From NCBI GenBank assembly GCA_964016885.1, contig OZ024740.1:72044001-72108000 (forward strand): a stretch of DNA of 64,000 nt. Direction: 5' to 3'. Positions 46,066 through 59,481 of this stretch are shown here, piece by piece (positions within the stretch are counted from its first letter, which is position 1; each line of letters starts with the position of its first letter). This stretch comes from Eledone cirrhosa (lineage: Eukaryota). Under the pieces are notes generated by a model. That model searched no databases. It was not told where the DNA came from and saw nothing but the letters and a program-made list of their open reading frames with translations. The position numbers and the translations under genes are program-made.

Positions 46066-46415
46066 GTAGGCATCTCTAACAAAATACACCCCGTCCCGCC
46101 ACCACCCCGTTCTATGTAAAGTTATGTTGGTGCCGCGCCATTCAGGCCGAAACAAATGAGATCGTGTAGGTGTCACGACAAAAAAACACACAGTCCACGC
46201 TGTAATGTGGCCGTGTAGGCAACACGGTAAAAACCTCCCAGACCCACACTGTAAATGTGGTTGGTGTTAGGAAGGGCATCCAACTGTAGAAAACCTGCCA
46301 GACAGTCCTATGCGAGCGAGACAATCACTCTTGCCTCAAGTGGGACTACCCCCGTCCAAACCCATGCAAGCGTGGAACACGGACGTTAAACGTTGATGAT
46401 GATGATGATGATGAT
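46066..46415 (+). mobile_element. RTE family A, 3' UTR only
   Basis: Matches 37836-38204. Confidence 0.94.
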
Positions 46416-46519
46416 ATATATATATATATTTATATATATAAATATATATTTATATATATAAATATATATTTATATATATATATATATATTTATATATTTA
46501 TATGTATATTTATATATAA

Positions 46520-46931
46520 GTATTTAGAATTTTAGCCTACGACTTCTGCTATACCATTTACGCGGTTTTGTCTTTGCGTGCTATTGTTCTCCACGCTCCA
46601 CATATGACTTATTATCTTCGTTTTTTCGTTCATTGCCAGAGAACGTCTCTATGCACCACCTAAGAGAACATTAGTCTACGACCTTTTTTACCATAAACGT
46701 GGTTCTGTCTTTGCGTGTAATTGTTTTTCACCGCTCCTATTAATGACGTATTATATTCGTTTTTCCCCGTTCCTTGCCAGCGAACGTTTCCACGAACCAA
46801 AGTATCATCTTCCTGTCTTCCTCCGGTTGCAACGTTTTTTGAAATATCCAGTTCTGCGTTTACAGATTGACTTTGTTAGTTTCAGAAGATCCCGTTAAGG
46901 GTGAAAGCAGCGATTCTTTGCTTAAACTTTA
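46520..46931 (+). mobile_element. Family R1 PLE-like fragment with HHR-like motif (46863-46931), 3' end clipped
   Basis: Reverse complement of ~574-982; same CAGAAGA...GAAA fold. Confidence 0.8.
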
Positions 46932-46937
46932 TTTTAC

Positions 46938-47165
46938 TCAGCAAGACACTTTATTTTACTAAGCTGTAGAAATGAGTTGCGATGTCACTGGTGCCAAGCT
47001 GTATCGGCCATTGCCTTGGGCAACATTGGTGGCGTGGAGAGGGGAGGCTGTTATGCATGGGCGACTGCTGGTCTTCCTCAAAACAAACCTTGCCCAGACT
47101 CGTGCCTCTGAGGGAAACTTTCTAGGTGCAAAACCATTGTCATTCGTAACCGAGTGGGGCCAAAG
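46938..47165 (+). mobile_element. SINE-like repeat fragment
   Basis: Similar to 49070-49340 (gcaagacactttattt...agctgta.aaatgagttg...ggtgccaag). Confidence 0.65.
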
Positions 47166-47214
47166 TATATATATATATATATATATATACTCTGAAGTAG
47201 TAGTGTTGGTCCCA

Positions 47215-47395
47215 TGATAAAATGCACCCAGTATACTCTGTAAAGCTGGTTGGTGTCATCCAGCCATAGAAACCATGCCAAGATGGAATGTATGAGCAAG
47301 ACATGATCATCTGAGCTATCAAGTCTCAGAACATGTCAACTCATTCAGACTCTGCCAGTGTGGAAAACGAATGTAAAACAGTGACGACAATTATG
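47215..47395 (+). mobile_element. Old RTE-tail/SINE fragment
   Basis: aaatgcacccagtatactctgtaaag.tggttggtgt..catccagcc.tagaaacc and gccagtgtggaaaacg resemble the RTE A/B 3' UTR. Confidence 0.65.
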
Positions 47396-47599
47396 TAAAT
47401 TATATAGTAGTGCAGCATGAAAAAAATGCTTGTGTGAGCATATTTGAATGATTGTAGCTTCACACAATGACATCTATTTCAAAACAAATTCTAACAAATT
47501 AGAAAAAAGTTTACACCATCATTCATTTATTATATTATTTAAAACTGTTAATGTAATTATTCTATCATATTTATGCTTATTTTTTGGATTAGACAAGTT

Positions 47600-49050
47600 T
47601 TCTCTAGTACAGCATCCTGAAATCAATTTTAATCATCTCAAGTCTTCCTTTTCTCTGGCTTCTTTCCATTTGAATGTCCTGGCTCTTCTTCACCCAACTA
47701 TCATCATTATGTGTCTGGTTACTCTTTTACCTAGCGTTATTCCTCAACACCTCTGATTGTTCAGACTCACTAACATTACATCACTCCCTTGTTGTTTAGG
47801 CACACTAACATTACATGCTAACATAATGGATTCCACTTCATTAATATCTTCCTAACCTTCACATGCTCTGCATTCAATGCTCATATCTTACTGCCATGCA
47901 ATCCAGAACATCTCATACTGCTGAATATTGGTAACTTCTTGCTCTCAGGTTCTCTCTGAGCTATTTAAACCTGCCACCTGGCTTCCCTTCTAGCTACTAA
48001 ATATTGTTCTTTGCTGTCCCCTTCTAATATTTCCAGGTTTTTACTTTAGCTTTTATGGCTCTATCTACAGTTCTATTCCAGCACCATGTCACCTTTTATC
48101 TGATTGGCACCTCGCCCCAAACACAGATCTCATCTGCGGCTTGTGAAATGTTGTCTCAACGAAACTTCCAGTTTCCCCTCCATGGCATATCTGTTAGTGT
48201 TGTCCTCTATAATATACACATCACATAGGTCATCCTCAAACCAATGTTTAGCAGGAGGATCTTTTAGTTTCTATACCCATCTGCAGGTATTCCTGTATCC
48301 CCAAGTCCATCTAAATCAGTCATGGGTAAACTGCATTCCACAAGTCACACACAGCCTGTTTGACTTTCTGAATGGTGTGGCTTATTTCAAAATTGCCTTG
48401 AATTTTTAGTAGTGCAGCCCACCTTATGATTTACCACACCCTATGCAGCCCACTGTTTGAAAAAAGTTGCCCATGCCTAATCTAAATCTTGTTTTATTAT
48501 TAACAAGTCTACGTTGGCTACATTCTTCTCTGGGAAAACAACCTCATATTCACAAACATCTGTCTTGTTTTATGGTACAAATAAGTTGATCTTGTTTGTA
48601 TGCTTGCCTGATTGGTAGATGATCAAGTGACTGGTCAGTTTCCTGAGGTTTGTGTTGAACATGGTTAGGTTATCTGTATCCCAGAATCTTTTGATCACTC
48701 TTCATTTCTTGAGCCATACATGTAGCCATGTACTTCAGAACAGCCATCCTGCTGTTACCCTATATGCCCACTAAAGTTTCTAGCCATAATGATGAAGTCC
48801 TTGAAACTTAAGATGGTCCACACAAGTTCCTCAAAGTCGCCAGCCATGATGAAGTCTTTGTCACTTGTTATTGAGGTGGTCCACATGAGATCCTTTTGTC
48901 TATTGGTCAGTCCTGTTTGTGGTGCATAGGCAGAGATAAGCTGTTGTCACTCACTTTGCTTATGGCTAGCTTAAGCTTGAGGAATTTGTCACTTACTCTA
49001 ACTACCCCAATAACTTTGTCTCTCCATCTCTCTGCTAACCTTATGTCTGC
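47600..49050 (-). pseudogene. Highly decayed RTE LINE (APE and linker region)
   Basis: Minus-strand remnants: LAERWRDKVIGVVRVSDKFLKLKL, an AGDF-like motif, NLTMFNTN..HLIIYQSG, and a VTWCWN-like segment. Confidence 0.7.
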
Positions 49051-49069
49051 ACCACCTATTGACTCATTG

Positions 49070-49340
49070 TGAGTTTGATTCTTGGACTGGGCAGTGCATT
49101 GTGTCCTTGAGCATGACACTTTATTTCACATTGCTCCAGTTCACTCAGCTGTAAAAATGAGTTGATGTCAGTGGTGCCAAGATGTATTGCCTTTCCCTTG
49201 GACATCTGTGGGGTAAAGAGGGGAGACTTGTATACATGGACAGTTGCTGGTTTTCCACAAACAACTTGCCTTATGCCTCGGAGGAGGGGAACTTGCTAGG
49301 TGCAAAACCCATTCATTGATGATTGAAGGGGTTCTTTTAT
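49070..49340 (+). mobile_element. SINE-like repeat
   Basis: B-box-like gagtttgattc followed by gtgtccttgagcatgacact...ccagttcactcagctgtaaaaatgag; related text at 60690-60800. Confidence 0.65.
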
Positions 49341-49379
49341 TGTATAGTGTAAGCTATGCTTTGTTTATAAGGCAGTGAA

Positions 49380-49500
49380 TGTTGAATAGAATGCTTTGCA
49401 GTATTTGTTCCAGCTCCCTATGGTTCTGAGTTTAAATCCTGTTGAAGTCAACTTTGCCTTTCATCATTTCAATAAAATAAGTAGCAATACTGGGGTTGAC
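49380..49500 (+). mobile_element. SINE-like repeat (second family)
   Basis: gttctgagtttaaatcc...gtcaactttgcctttcatc; reverse copies at 51150-51225 and 51984-52160. Confidence 0.6.
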
Positions 49501-49997
49501 TCTTCCTGTATATCTCTTTCTCACTTTCTCTCTTTCACTCCTTCTTTTGCTTTCTCTTTCATTCCCTCTTGCACGCCCTCTCTTTCAATTATTGGAAGAA
49601 ATCAGCTGTGTTTAAACCAAGAGGGATGGGCTTTACCCAGGTTTAAAGTACTCATGTCATGATAGTGCCCCTGCAACTCCACCAGTAGTTATGGGTCCAT
49701 ACATATGCTAACTTTGCTTCTTAAGGATAAACACCACTGTATGTGTGATGTAAAAGCTCGTTTGTCGGTGAAAAATCTTTAATATCTTTCTTGTCACAAT
49801 GCTTGTCCTAGTGTTACACTTGTAGCAATCTCTGTGTGGAATGAAATTGAAGACGGATTCAAACGAAATCTTTAAATAGTAAAGCGGTATTATGAGCACC
49901 TATAAATTTATGCATCAAAACATTTCTAAGGGAATTTCTATGGGTGCTGCTCGTGATAATAGTAAAGTGAGAATGAAAGACAGAAGCATTTGAGGTA

Positions 49998-50272
49998 TTA
50001 TAGAACACTCCACTCGATTTCATTGGGAAAAACTTTTTTATTTTTTTTTTATTCTTATGCTTTCAACAAAGGTTCTGGCAACCAACGATTTTTTTTTTTT
50101 ATTTTTTTTTGATTTTATTTTTTTACATGTTATCAACGAATAGGACCTCCAAACCAGTCGGAATCGACTAGATTTGTGGGGAAAAGTGAGGTGAAAAGAG
50201 ACGAAAAGACCATCGGATTTTCGCAGATATACATACCTCACCCGTTTTGTGGGAAATAATTAATCTTTCCTC

Positions 50273-50306
<34 letters not shown>

Positions 50307-50645
50307 CTGGACCTCTTCGATGCTTGCAATTGACTTTTTTCCCCGGGTTAGAGTTAAGTTTAGGGTTACAAGATAGGTTTTGGGTTAGTTTTAGGGTTTC
50401 CGTAAGAGGTCGGAAAAATAAAAAAAGGAAAGATATTTATTTCCCACCAAACGCGAGAGGTGTGTAGATCTGCGAAATCCCAATAACACGCGAAAAATAA
50501 ATGGAGAAAACTCCAAGGATGGGGTCACCACCCCACCTCTTCCGTTCTACAGGAAAAGTCGTTAGAGGTTAGATTAGTTGATAGCACACGAAAAAAGAGG
50601 AAAAAAATGTTTTCCCCACTCAAATCGAGTGGGGGTGTTCTATAA
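49998..50645. mobile_element. Palindromic MITE-like element with TTAGGG-like core
   Basis: tatagaacactccactcgattt ... aaatcgagtgggggtgttctata; second arm pair 50217-50272 / 50426-50480. Confidence 0.75.
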
Positions 50646-51599
50646 ATTTAGCCTATTTCAGATGTGTTGGTTTATTTATTTTTTTTATCCGGCTAAACGT
50701 TTTCTACAAAATCTCATTTGTCTGCCACTGTAGTGGTGATGGCGGCGGAGGTTTGTGATAATAAGGTGCGCTCTTTTCTCTAATCACTCTGCCGTTAGTG
50801 AATATACAGGCAAAACATTGTGCTACTGTTTATTCTGTAATGCCAGTCCCAATTAACTTCCGCACGTTTGTTTGTGTCTGTCTGTGTGTGTGTGTGTGTA
50901 TGTATGTATGTAATGTATGTATATATATATATATATGAAAGAACCACAGGAATGCCGGGGGTGGCGATAGCGCACACACCAACCCAATTCTATACTCTTA
51001 ATGTGACTTTCTTTTTTTTCCCCATTTGGTCGCCTTAATTTTACATCAAGATATCAGATTAAAGAAATTGCAATGAATATTAACCCTTTCTAATGATTAT
51101 CAATCATTAAAAAAAAAAATGAAAAATTTGGATTGATTTAATAATTGTTTCTACTTTGGGCACAAGGCCAGCAATTAAACCAGTACATTACTGGTACTTT
51201 ATTTTATTGACCTCCGTAAGGATAGATTTTTCTTTACGCAGGTGTTGGGAACGTAACTCAACAGAGGCTCTTACATGAAATTATGATGGAAGGGTTTTTA
51301 GATAAATATAAATACTTTAAAATAAATAGTTTTGTATGTTAGAACCAAGGGAGGTTTGGTATCAAGACTTAACCCAGTCATGGGATTGGCTCACTAGCCC
51401 TATATTACGAGGCTGGCCTTCTTTTCCGTCGTTGGATACAGATGTTTATTTGATGGTATTAAGGACCGGCATTGTATCCTGTATATAAATATGGCTATAT
51501 GAAATTGACTTCTAGACAACGTGACTGTCTTTTGGAGCGAGAAATAGATCTTTTAAATGATGAAATCAATGACGGGAGAAATATGAAAGGGATAATCTA

Positions 51600-51762
51600 T
51601 TCTGGTCGTTGTAGTTACATTGATTGTCGCTGTAGTTACATTAATAACTGTTGCCTATAATCCATTCTTGTCACTGTAGTTACATTGTCTCTGATTATCC
51701 ATTCTTGTCGCTGTAGTTACATTGTCGCTGATAATCCATTCTGGTCTTTGTAGCTACATTGA
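51600..51762. repeat. Short degenerate minisatellite (~37 bp; tccattcttgtcgctgtagttacattgtcgctgataa)
   Basis: tgtagttacatt-like core occurs about five times. Confidence 0.8.
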
Positions 51763-51983
51763 TTCTCGTTACTATATTACACATTAATGAAGAAATAAAT
51801 AATGTATCATCAAGTGTCTATTTATTAAAATTACTGCTAAGAAATGTCCTTATAGCTAAAAATCAGACAAGCCCAGAATTTACAAGAAACACTAAATTGG
51901 TAAATCAAAGAAAAAAGAATATTCAAGATAAATTTTCTGACTAGATAATGAAGCATAATATAGTTCATACTTGTAAAATAATG

Positions 51984-52160
51984 TTTCTACATTTGGCACA
52001 AGGCCAGTAATTTTGGAGTGGAGGAAAGTCGATTATATTGACTGCAGTGCTTAACTAGTACTTGGGAGGATAAGCAAAGCTGACCTCAGCGGGATTGGAA
52101 TTTAGAATATAGAAAGTTGTAACTAAATACCGCAAAGCATTTTGTCCGATGCTCCGCCGA
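51984..52160 (-). mobile_element. SINE-like repeat (second family)
   Basis: tttctacatttggcacaaggccag...gcaaagctgacctc...ctaaataccgcaaagcatt. Confidence 0.6.
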
Positions 52161-54814
52161 TATTGCCAATCCAATAAAAATAAATGTGATATCTAAGCTT
52201 AATTTTTTTTAATTCGTCATCCATGATAAATGAAAAATATAGTAGTAGACTTTGTTCCCTCAAAAGTGGTGGCAGAATATATAAAACTGGTTTCTATAAA
52301 AAATCGAAACCGTATCGCAGATATGACTGATTGAATTTACACCTCTTACATTCACACACACACGCTGTATATATGATATATTTTCCTAATCCCATATATG
52401 AATCCCAACTATCTGAAATCAAACGTGCGTCTGAGAGAATTCAGCGATTAATAACAGATCGCAGTATTTCTGAGAACGATCAGCGACATCTCCCCAAGTT
52501 ATTTTCACTTTTTTATTTTTCATTACAACGTAAAATAAGATTCAACATACACACACATGCATATATATATATATAGTATGCTGCTGTACGGATTCTCTTC
52601 GACTAGCTTCGTAAACCTGTGAGAGATAGAATGTCAGCTTCGGCGTATCTCACACGTGTTTCAATGCGTGTAATTATCGACCTTAGAATGTTTCGCTTAG
52701 TTTAGTTCTGTTAATGATTTCTTGTTCATCATTCTGTAACGGGTGTGTTCTTTTTGTTGTTGCTTCTGTCTTTCGTGTTAGGAGATGAATGGTGATGCTG
52801 CAAGTGAGTCAGTCATAATGTCTGTCTAGCTATTTATTACCTGTTGTCTGGCTTGAGGTGTAATTATATAAGATATGATTAAAAAAACATTATATAATAA
52901 TAATAATAGTAATTTATTTAATGATGATGATGGTAATAGTAGTATATCATCAACTTTATTATTACTAATATTATTCGTGAATTATTTCCTTATGTTAAGG
53001 ATACGCGAGAAAATAAGGGCATACCGGACAATTAGCTTAAAAGATAACGGTTGAATGTAATGGATGAGTACAGCGAGAAGAAATGGATATTTGAGACATT
53101 TTCTTTTCTTTTATTAGAAATTAAAAGAAAATTATTTCAGTCGTCTGTTGCGTGCTATTACATTTGGCCATATACATACATAAGACACAACTAAGATTCT
53201 CCCCCCTCTCTGCGAGAGGGTTTTTTTTTCGTCTTTGTCTTTCCCTAACTGTAATGTCTCATCTGTGTGTAGTAGTGTAACCACTTTACCTGGTGTAGGT
53301 AGGGATGGAAAGCAAGTTGATGGCAACATCGTTCACCTCATATTCGCCATTTCAACTATACTGCACCAGCTTCCCCCCTCCGATAATATTCTTTGTCATA
53401 TAATGCTTTGATTTATTTTAGTGAAATAACCTGACACATGTTAATCTAAATTTTGCTTACATCTTCAGACCATCTGCATCCGGAGAGGAATAAATTAAAT
53501 TATAAATGGCTTGATCATAAATATATAAATGCCGTATTTACCATATTTTGTTGATCAATAAGTTTTGAGATACTTCCCCCGGCTCTTCAATTCGCACATT
53601 ATACATACTTACGCATATATGTATGGTTTCTCGCTCTAACTTATATACAATTACAACATAAATTTGACTTCTTATATTTCTAATGTTATATAAATTGCGA
53701 TTATGTTATACAAACAGTAGATTGTCAGTTCTACCTGGACCTCCAATCTATACACAATTATTTTACCTGTCACCTTATAACATTGAATAAATTTAAAAAA
53801 AAAACGCCACCGTCGTAAGGTTAAATTTTCATTATTTTTACTGTTAATTGCAATTAATTACATGTAGCTTGTTTAAGGCGCGCATGCATTTGTGTGTTCT
53901 GTCTGGTAAGCATAGAAATGTGGGTGCGAATCTCACAGGTGCTAATGCCCATTTTTTTTTTTTTTTTTTTTTTCTTCTTCTCTCCGTTGAAGAGGACTTG
54001 TGCCCTATTTCGACCTTTTTTCTTTTTTTTATAGTAAAAAAAATTCGCTGAAGTCTTTCTCTCTCATATATAGGTTGGCCCCCCCCCCCCAAAAAAAAAT
54101 GTATACACACTTTTATTAGAAGTGTTGAAGTTTGTATACATTTTGGGGGGGACACTGTGTGTGTGTACACACACATACACTCACATCGTGCAAGAAGAAT
54201 CGGTAACCTGTTAATTATTTATTTATACACTTCTGTTCTGTCTCGCCTGATTTAGAATTCGCTCTGGGTGTATTCCCATTAGAATTTATTTTTTGACGTT
54301 TTGATTGCTGTTTAATACCTCCGTCAGTTTTTTCCCTTCTGTCCGTATTCTTGAAGTTATAATTCCCCTTCAATTTCCATTATTTTATTTGCTGCCCAGA
54401 TAAAAAAAAAAAGGCCAGCACGATATTTCCCAACTCTCTTCCTTCTCTCTCATTAACCATAAAAATAAAATCTATCACCCATTCTCTAATATTTCTAGGT
54501 ATTGGTAATTTAACGGAAGAAACTACTATAATAGAATAATTCTTCCTTTTCGGATTGTGATTTGAGAATATTTATCTTTTTACTAGTTTGTATCTTAATG
54601 AATACGGTTGTGAAGTGAAACCCCGGTTCGTGGGTTCTAACCCTACAATATACTATCAGTATACGGCACTAAAATCTATTCCACCCACTGTGAAGATATA
54701 ATATTCTATGGTAGTTGTCTGTGAATGAGTAAGCTATCCATTTTGGAAATAGATTTTATCCTTTATCATCTCCGTATGCTATCGGAATTTAACTGCCTAA
54801 CGCATACAGACACG

Positions 54815-54848
<34 letters not shown>

Positions 54849-55605
54849 TGATACGGGCATCTATCTGTCCGTTTTGCTCCGATTTTCCATTGTTGTCGTC
54901 CTCGTTGCCTGTGTTCAGGTTTTGACTTATATTTACGACTTAAAAAAGAACTAAATCAATAAAAAATAATTTAGAATGAAGAAATAGCGAGGAGACGAAT
55001 GCACACAACTGAAAATGCGGGCGTTATTCTCTAAAATATCAGACAAATCAAGACACTCTCGAGTAAGAGTATAGTGTTACAGTATTGTCTGACAGTGGCG
55101 GTCATATATCTACATAGCCAGTCATTGCCGGCGTTTATGGATCTACTATGAACACCTTAACACTGCTGTTTCTGGAGATAGTAACACATACGAATCAAAG
55201 TCACTGTCTTCCTAGTAATTCCATTCCTTGATTCTAACTGAAAATAAAATTGTTGTTCCTGCGAGTGAGGTGAGATTGATACAGATAATACATCTAGAGG
55301 TTATTTATATAGTGCAGAAACTCAAGAGGGAAGGGGTGTTTGGAGTGAAAAAGTGTAAAGTTTGGTGTTATTTATAGAAACATATATGTACCAAGTAGTA
55401 AAGGGGTGGAAGTATTGAATGTATAATGGGGGTATGTAACCTGTGCCTTCTAAATAGGAAGGTTTATTCTAGTAACAGTAGTGGTGGAGGAGGAGGAAAC
55501 ATTGTGGATAAATTAGAATGAGTTAAAGAAGGAAGGTATTCAATGTAGGAGTGTTTGTCATTTAGATAATTGTTGTAGGTGGAATAGCTCAACTGTTGTT
55601 TGGAA

Positions 55606-57124
55606 GGTCATAGCCAGTATTGGATCTACATGTGGGCTGGTCATAGCCAGTATTGGATCTACATGTGGGCTGGTCATAGCCAGTATTGGATCTACATGTG
55701 GGCTGGTCATAGCCAGTATTGGATCTACATGTGGACTGGTCATAGCCAGTATTGGATCTACATGTGGACTGGTCATAGCCAGTATTGGATCTACATGTGG
55801 GCTGGTCATAGCCAGTATTGGATCTACATGTGGGCTGGTCATAGCCAGTATTGGATCTACATGTGGGCTGGTCATAGCCAGTATTGGATCTACATGTGGG
55901 CTGGTCATAGCCAGTATTGGATCTACATGTGGGCTGGTCATAGCCAGTATTGGATCTACATGTGGACTGGTCATAGCCAGTATTGGATCTACATGTGGAC
56001 TGGTCATAGCCAGTATTGGATCTACATGTGGGCTGGTCATAGCCAGTATTGGATCTACATGTGGGCTGGTCATAGCCAGTATTGGATCTACATGTGGGCT
56101 GGTCATAGCCAGTATTGGATCTACATGTGGGCTGGTCATAGCCAGTATTGGATCTACATGTGGGCTGGTCATAGCCAGTATTGGATCTACATGTGGGCTG
56201 GTCATAGCCAGTATTGGATCTACATGTGGGCTGGTCATAGCCAGTATTGGATCTACATGTGGGCTGGTCATAGCCAGTATTGGATCTACATGTGGGCTGG
56301 TCATAGCCAGTATTGGATCTACATGTGGGCTGGTCATAGCCAGTATTGGATCTACATGTGGGCTGGTCATAGCCAGTATTGGATCTACATGTGGGCTGGT
56401 CATAACCAGCATTGGATTTACATGTGGGCTGGTCATAACCAGCATGGGATTTACATGTGGGCTGGTCATAACCAGCATGGGATTTACATGTGGGCTGGTC
56501 ATAACCAGCATGGGATTTACATGTGGGCTGGTCATAACCAGCATGGGATTTACATGTGGGCTGGTCATAACCAGTATGGGATTTACATGTGGGCTGGTCA
56601 TAACCAGCATGGGATCTATATGTGGGCTGGTCATAACCAGCATGGGATTTACATGTGGGCTGGTCATAACCAGCATGGGATTTACATGTGGGCTGGTCAT
56701 AACCAGCATGGGATCTATATGTGGGCTGGTCATAACCAGCATGGGATTTACTTGTGGGCTGGTCATAACCAGCATGGGATTTACATGTGGGCTGGTCATA
56801 ACCAGCATGGGATTTACATGTGGGCTGGTCATAACCAGCATGGGATTTGCATGTGGGCTGGTCATAACCAGCATGGGATTTGCATGTGGGCTGGTCATAA
56901 CCAGCATGGGATTTACGTGTGGACTGGTCATAGCCAGTATGGGATTTACGTGTGGACTGGTCATAGCCAGTATGGGATTTACGTGTGGACTGGTCATAGC
57001 CAGCATGGCATTTACATGTGGGCTGGTCATAGCCAGTATGGGATTTACATGTGGGCTGGTCATAGCCAGTATGGGATTTACGTGTGGGCTGGTCATAGCC
57101 AGCATGGGATCTATATGTGGGCTG
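55606..57124. repeat. 33-bp minisatellite, ~46 copies
   Basis: Unit ggtcatagccagtattggatctacatgtgggct with positional variants. Confidence 0.98.
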
Positions 57125-57443
57125 CAGACCAAAGCCTTATAGTCCATGAAGTTCTCCTCCTGTCATATTTTAAATATGTATTAAAATATAACTATGAAGC
57201 TATCACAGATGAAAAGAAAATGCGAATGAAAGGGGCTACAGAGATAATTATGCATCACCTGGGAGGGCTAGCTGCTGAAGCATACCACAAGGAATGAGAC
57301 CCTGCCTGTCTCCTCTTCCAATCACATAACACACTCTTACTATTTGGATTTGTACCAAGTTATTGAACAAGTGAGTCTCTATGAAGTCATTCACATGTTT
57401 AAAATGGTAGCCAAATATTTCTCGAATCACATTCCCACTGTCA

Positions 57444-57753
57444 TTAACACCTTCATTGCCATATTTTTAATGAAAGACACTGCCTACGTCTTTAAACCTT
57501 TCATTGCCATATTTCTAATGAAAGACACTGCCTATATCTTAAGCCTTTCATTACCATATTTCTAATGACACTGCCTATCATTTTCAAATAATTTTGAAAT
57601 TAATGAAGAATTTTGAGTATTTAGTAATATAACTAACTTTCTTATAAGTAGCAAAGGTTCTTGCATAAGTTTATGGTGGGAGTTTAAAATGAATGATGTT
57701 TGTACCATAGAACCAAGGACAGTTATAAATGGTTTGGGATCAAAAAGGGTTAA
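57444..57753 (+). mobile_element. TTAA-flanked MITE (piggyBac-like ends), 3 tandem ~47-bp terminal units
   Basis: ttaa-caccttc ... caaaaaggg-ttaa; homologous to 59036-59481, 61579-62055 and 63076-63510. Confidence 0.7.
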
Positions 57754-59035
57754 AAATTGAATGGCTGCTTTAATGTAGTTTTAGGCATCCCTAAAAAGAT
57801 GGGATGGTTGTATGTGGAGTGCTTTTGATCATAGATGTATTTAATCAGGGTTGACTGAAATGAACAACAATGACAAATACAGATAATTTAATGAGTTACT
57901 AGAAATAGCAGCTAAATTTACTTTGAAATACAGCCTACCATTTTAAATGCTGACAAAGTTGGGTTCTTCAACCACTTTCCTACTCACTGTAGTTGGGATG
58001 GAAATAGTTATCTACAAGAATGAACCTCAGGAAGTTGGACTGGTTCTTTCAGCACATCCCCTGCACCTTCCTCTGGGTTAAAGTATTTGCCATTCTGTCA
58101 GCCAGGACAATGAGGCAACAACTATAAAATAGAAATATTAACTAAATATCTTAAGGCAAATCCCCAGAATGGCCACAGACAAATGACTGACACCCAGTAA
58201 AAGAAGATATCTATAAAGATAATCACTTAACATTCATCTCCAAAACCACTTACTTCAGTATTTAGTAAATTAAAGTGTAGTCCTTGATATAGCAAAAGTC
58301 AGAATGGTCATGATTAGAACCCTTTTGATTATAAACCTGCTCAATTAGGTCTAACCTTGGGTTAACTACATCAGCAAGAGCTAAAGTATTTTGGCTATAT
58401 GCAGGCTTTAATTTAAATATTTGACAAAGCCTCACTTGTTGATTGTTTCTATTATAAAATATTCTCTCTATCAAACATTGAACAAAGTAAGGCTCTGACA
58501 TGGACATGCTAAAAATAGCCAGCATTAGTCAACAAGTTATCTTGTCTTTGTTGTTCTTGCTTTTAAAACTTTTACCATAGGAGCTACACTTCACAAAATC
58601 AATTTATAACCTGTATGAGTAATTTATAATTGCATGTGTACTTGGCTAAAACAAATATCTGTTAGGACTACCATGACCACACAGCTCAGGGGGAAATACC
58701 TCTGTTCAATGTTGAAAATAGGCTGAGGAAATCAATACTTTAGAGACATTCTCATTAAGTACACACATGAAGTTAGTTGTATTTCAAGCTCTCTGGCTGT
58801 GAACCAACATTTTTACCAGGCATATTGGCTAACAGAACAATAGTCTATTTCAGCTCCTGTTGGTCTACCCATTATTGGAGACTTCAGTGCTGGCTTAGTT
58901 GATCAATGTTAGAAGATTAGTCAATTTATGAGGTGGGGAGTCTCCATATTATAGACTGGTTATATAATCAGCCCAGAGATGAGGGGAGAGTGTGTGTGTT
59001 TGATATATATAATATATATATTGTGCATGTTCCAG

Positions 59036-59481
59036 TTAACTCTTTCATTACCATATTTCTAATGAAAGGCATGGCCTATGATTTTCAAATAATTTGGAAA
59101 ATAATCAAGAATTTGGTGGAATTTAGTAATATAACTTTCTCATTATTAAACTAGCATTTGGAGCATAATTTAAAGGTTTTCCATAAAATTATGATAGGTT
59201 TTTAGATAAATATATTTATCTGTGGTGGTACTACAATAAAATGCACCTGGTACACGTCATGAAGTGGTTGTTGTTAGGAAGGGCATTCAGCTATAGAAAC
59301 CAAGCCAAAATGGAACCTATGAGCAAGATGCAATCATATAACTTGTCTAGCCTGAGAATGTGACAAACTGTCTAAACCATGCCAGCATGGAAAATAGACA
59401 TAAATAGTGAGATGATTAGTATTTAAAAACCAATAGCTTTATATTATAGAACCAAGGGCAGTTTGGTATCAAAAGGGTTAA
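59036..59481 (+). mobile_element. TTAA-flanked MITE with nested RTE-tail/SINE fragment (~59222-59420)
   Basis: ttaa-ctcttt ... aaaggg-ttaa; insert contains ggttgttgttaggaagggcattcagc. Confidence 0.7.

Noticed and set aside
55558-57297. 529-aa and 565-aa repeat proteins, or a CRISPR-like array
   Set aside because: 33-bp tandem units with no unique spacers; open frames follow from unit length and composition; eukaryotic context.
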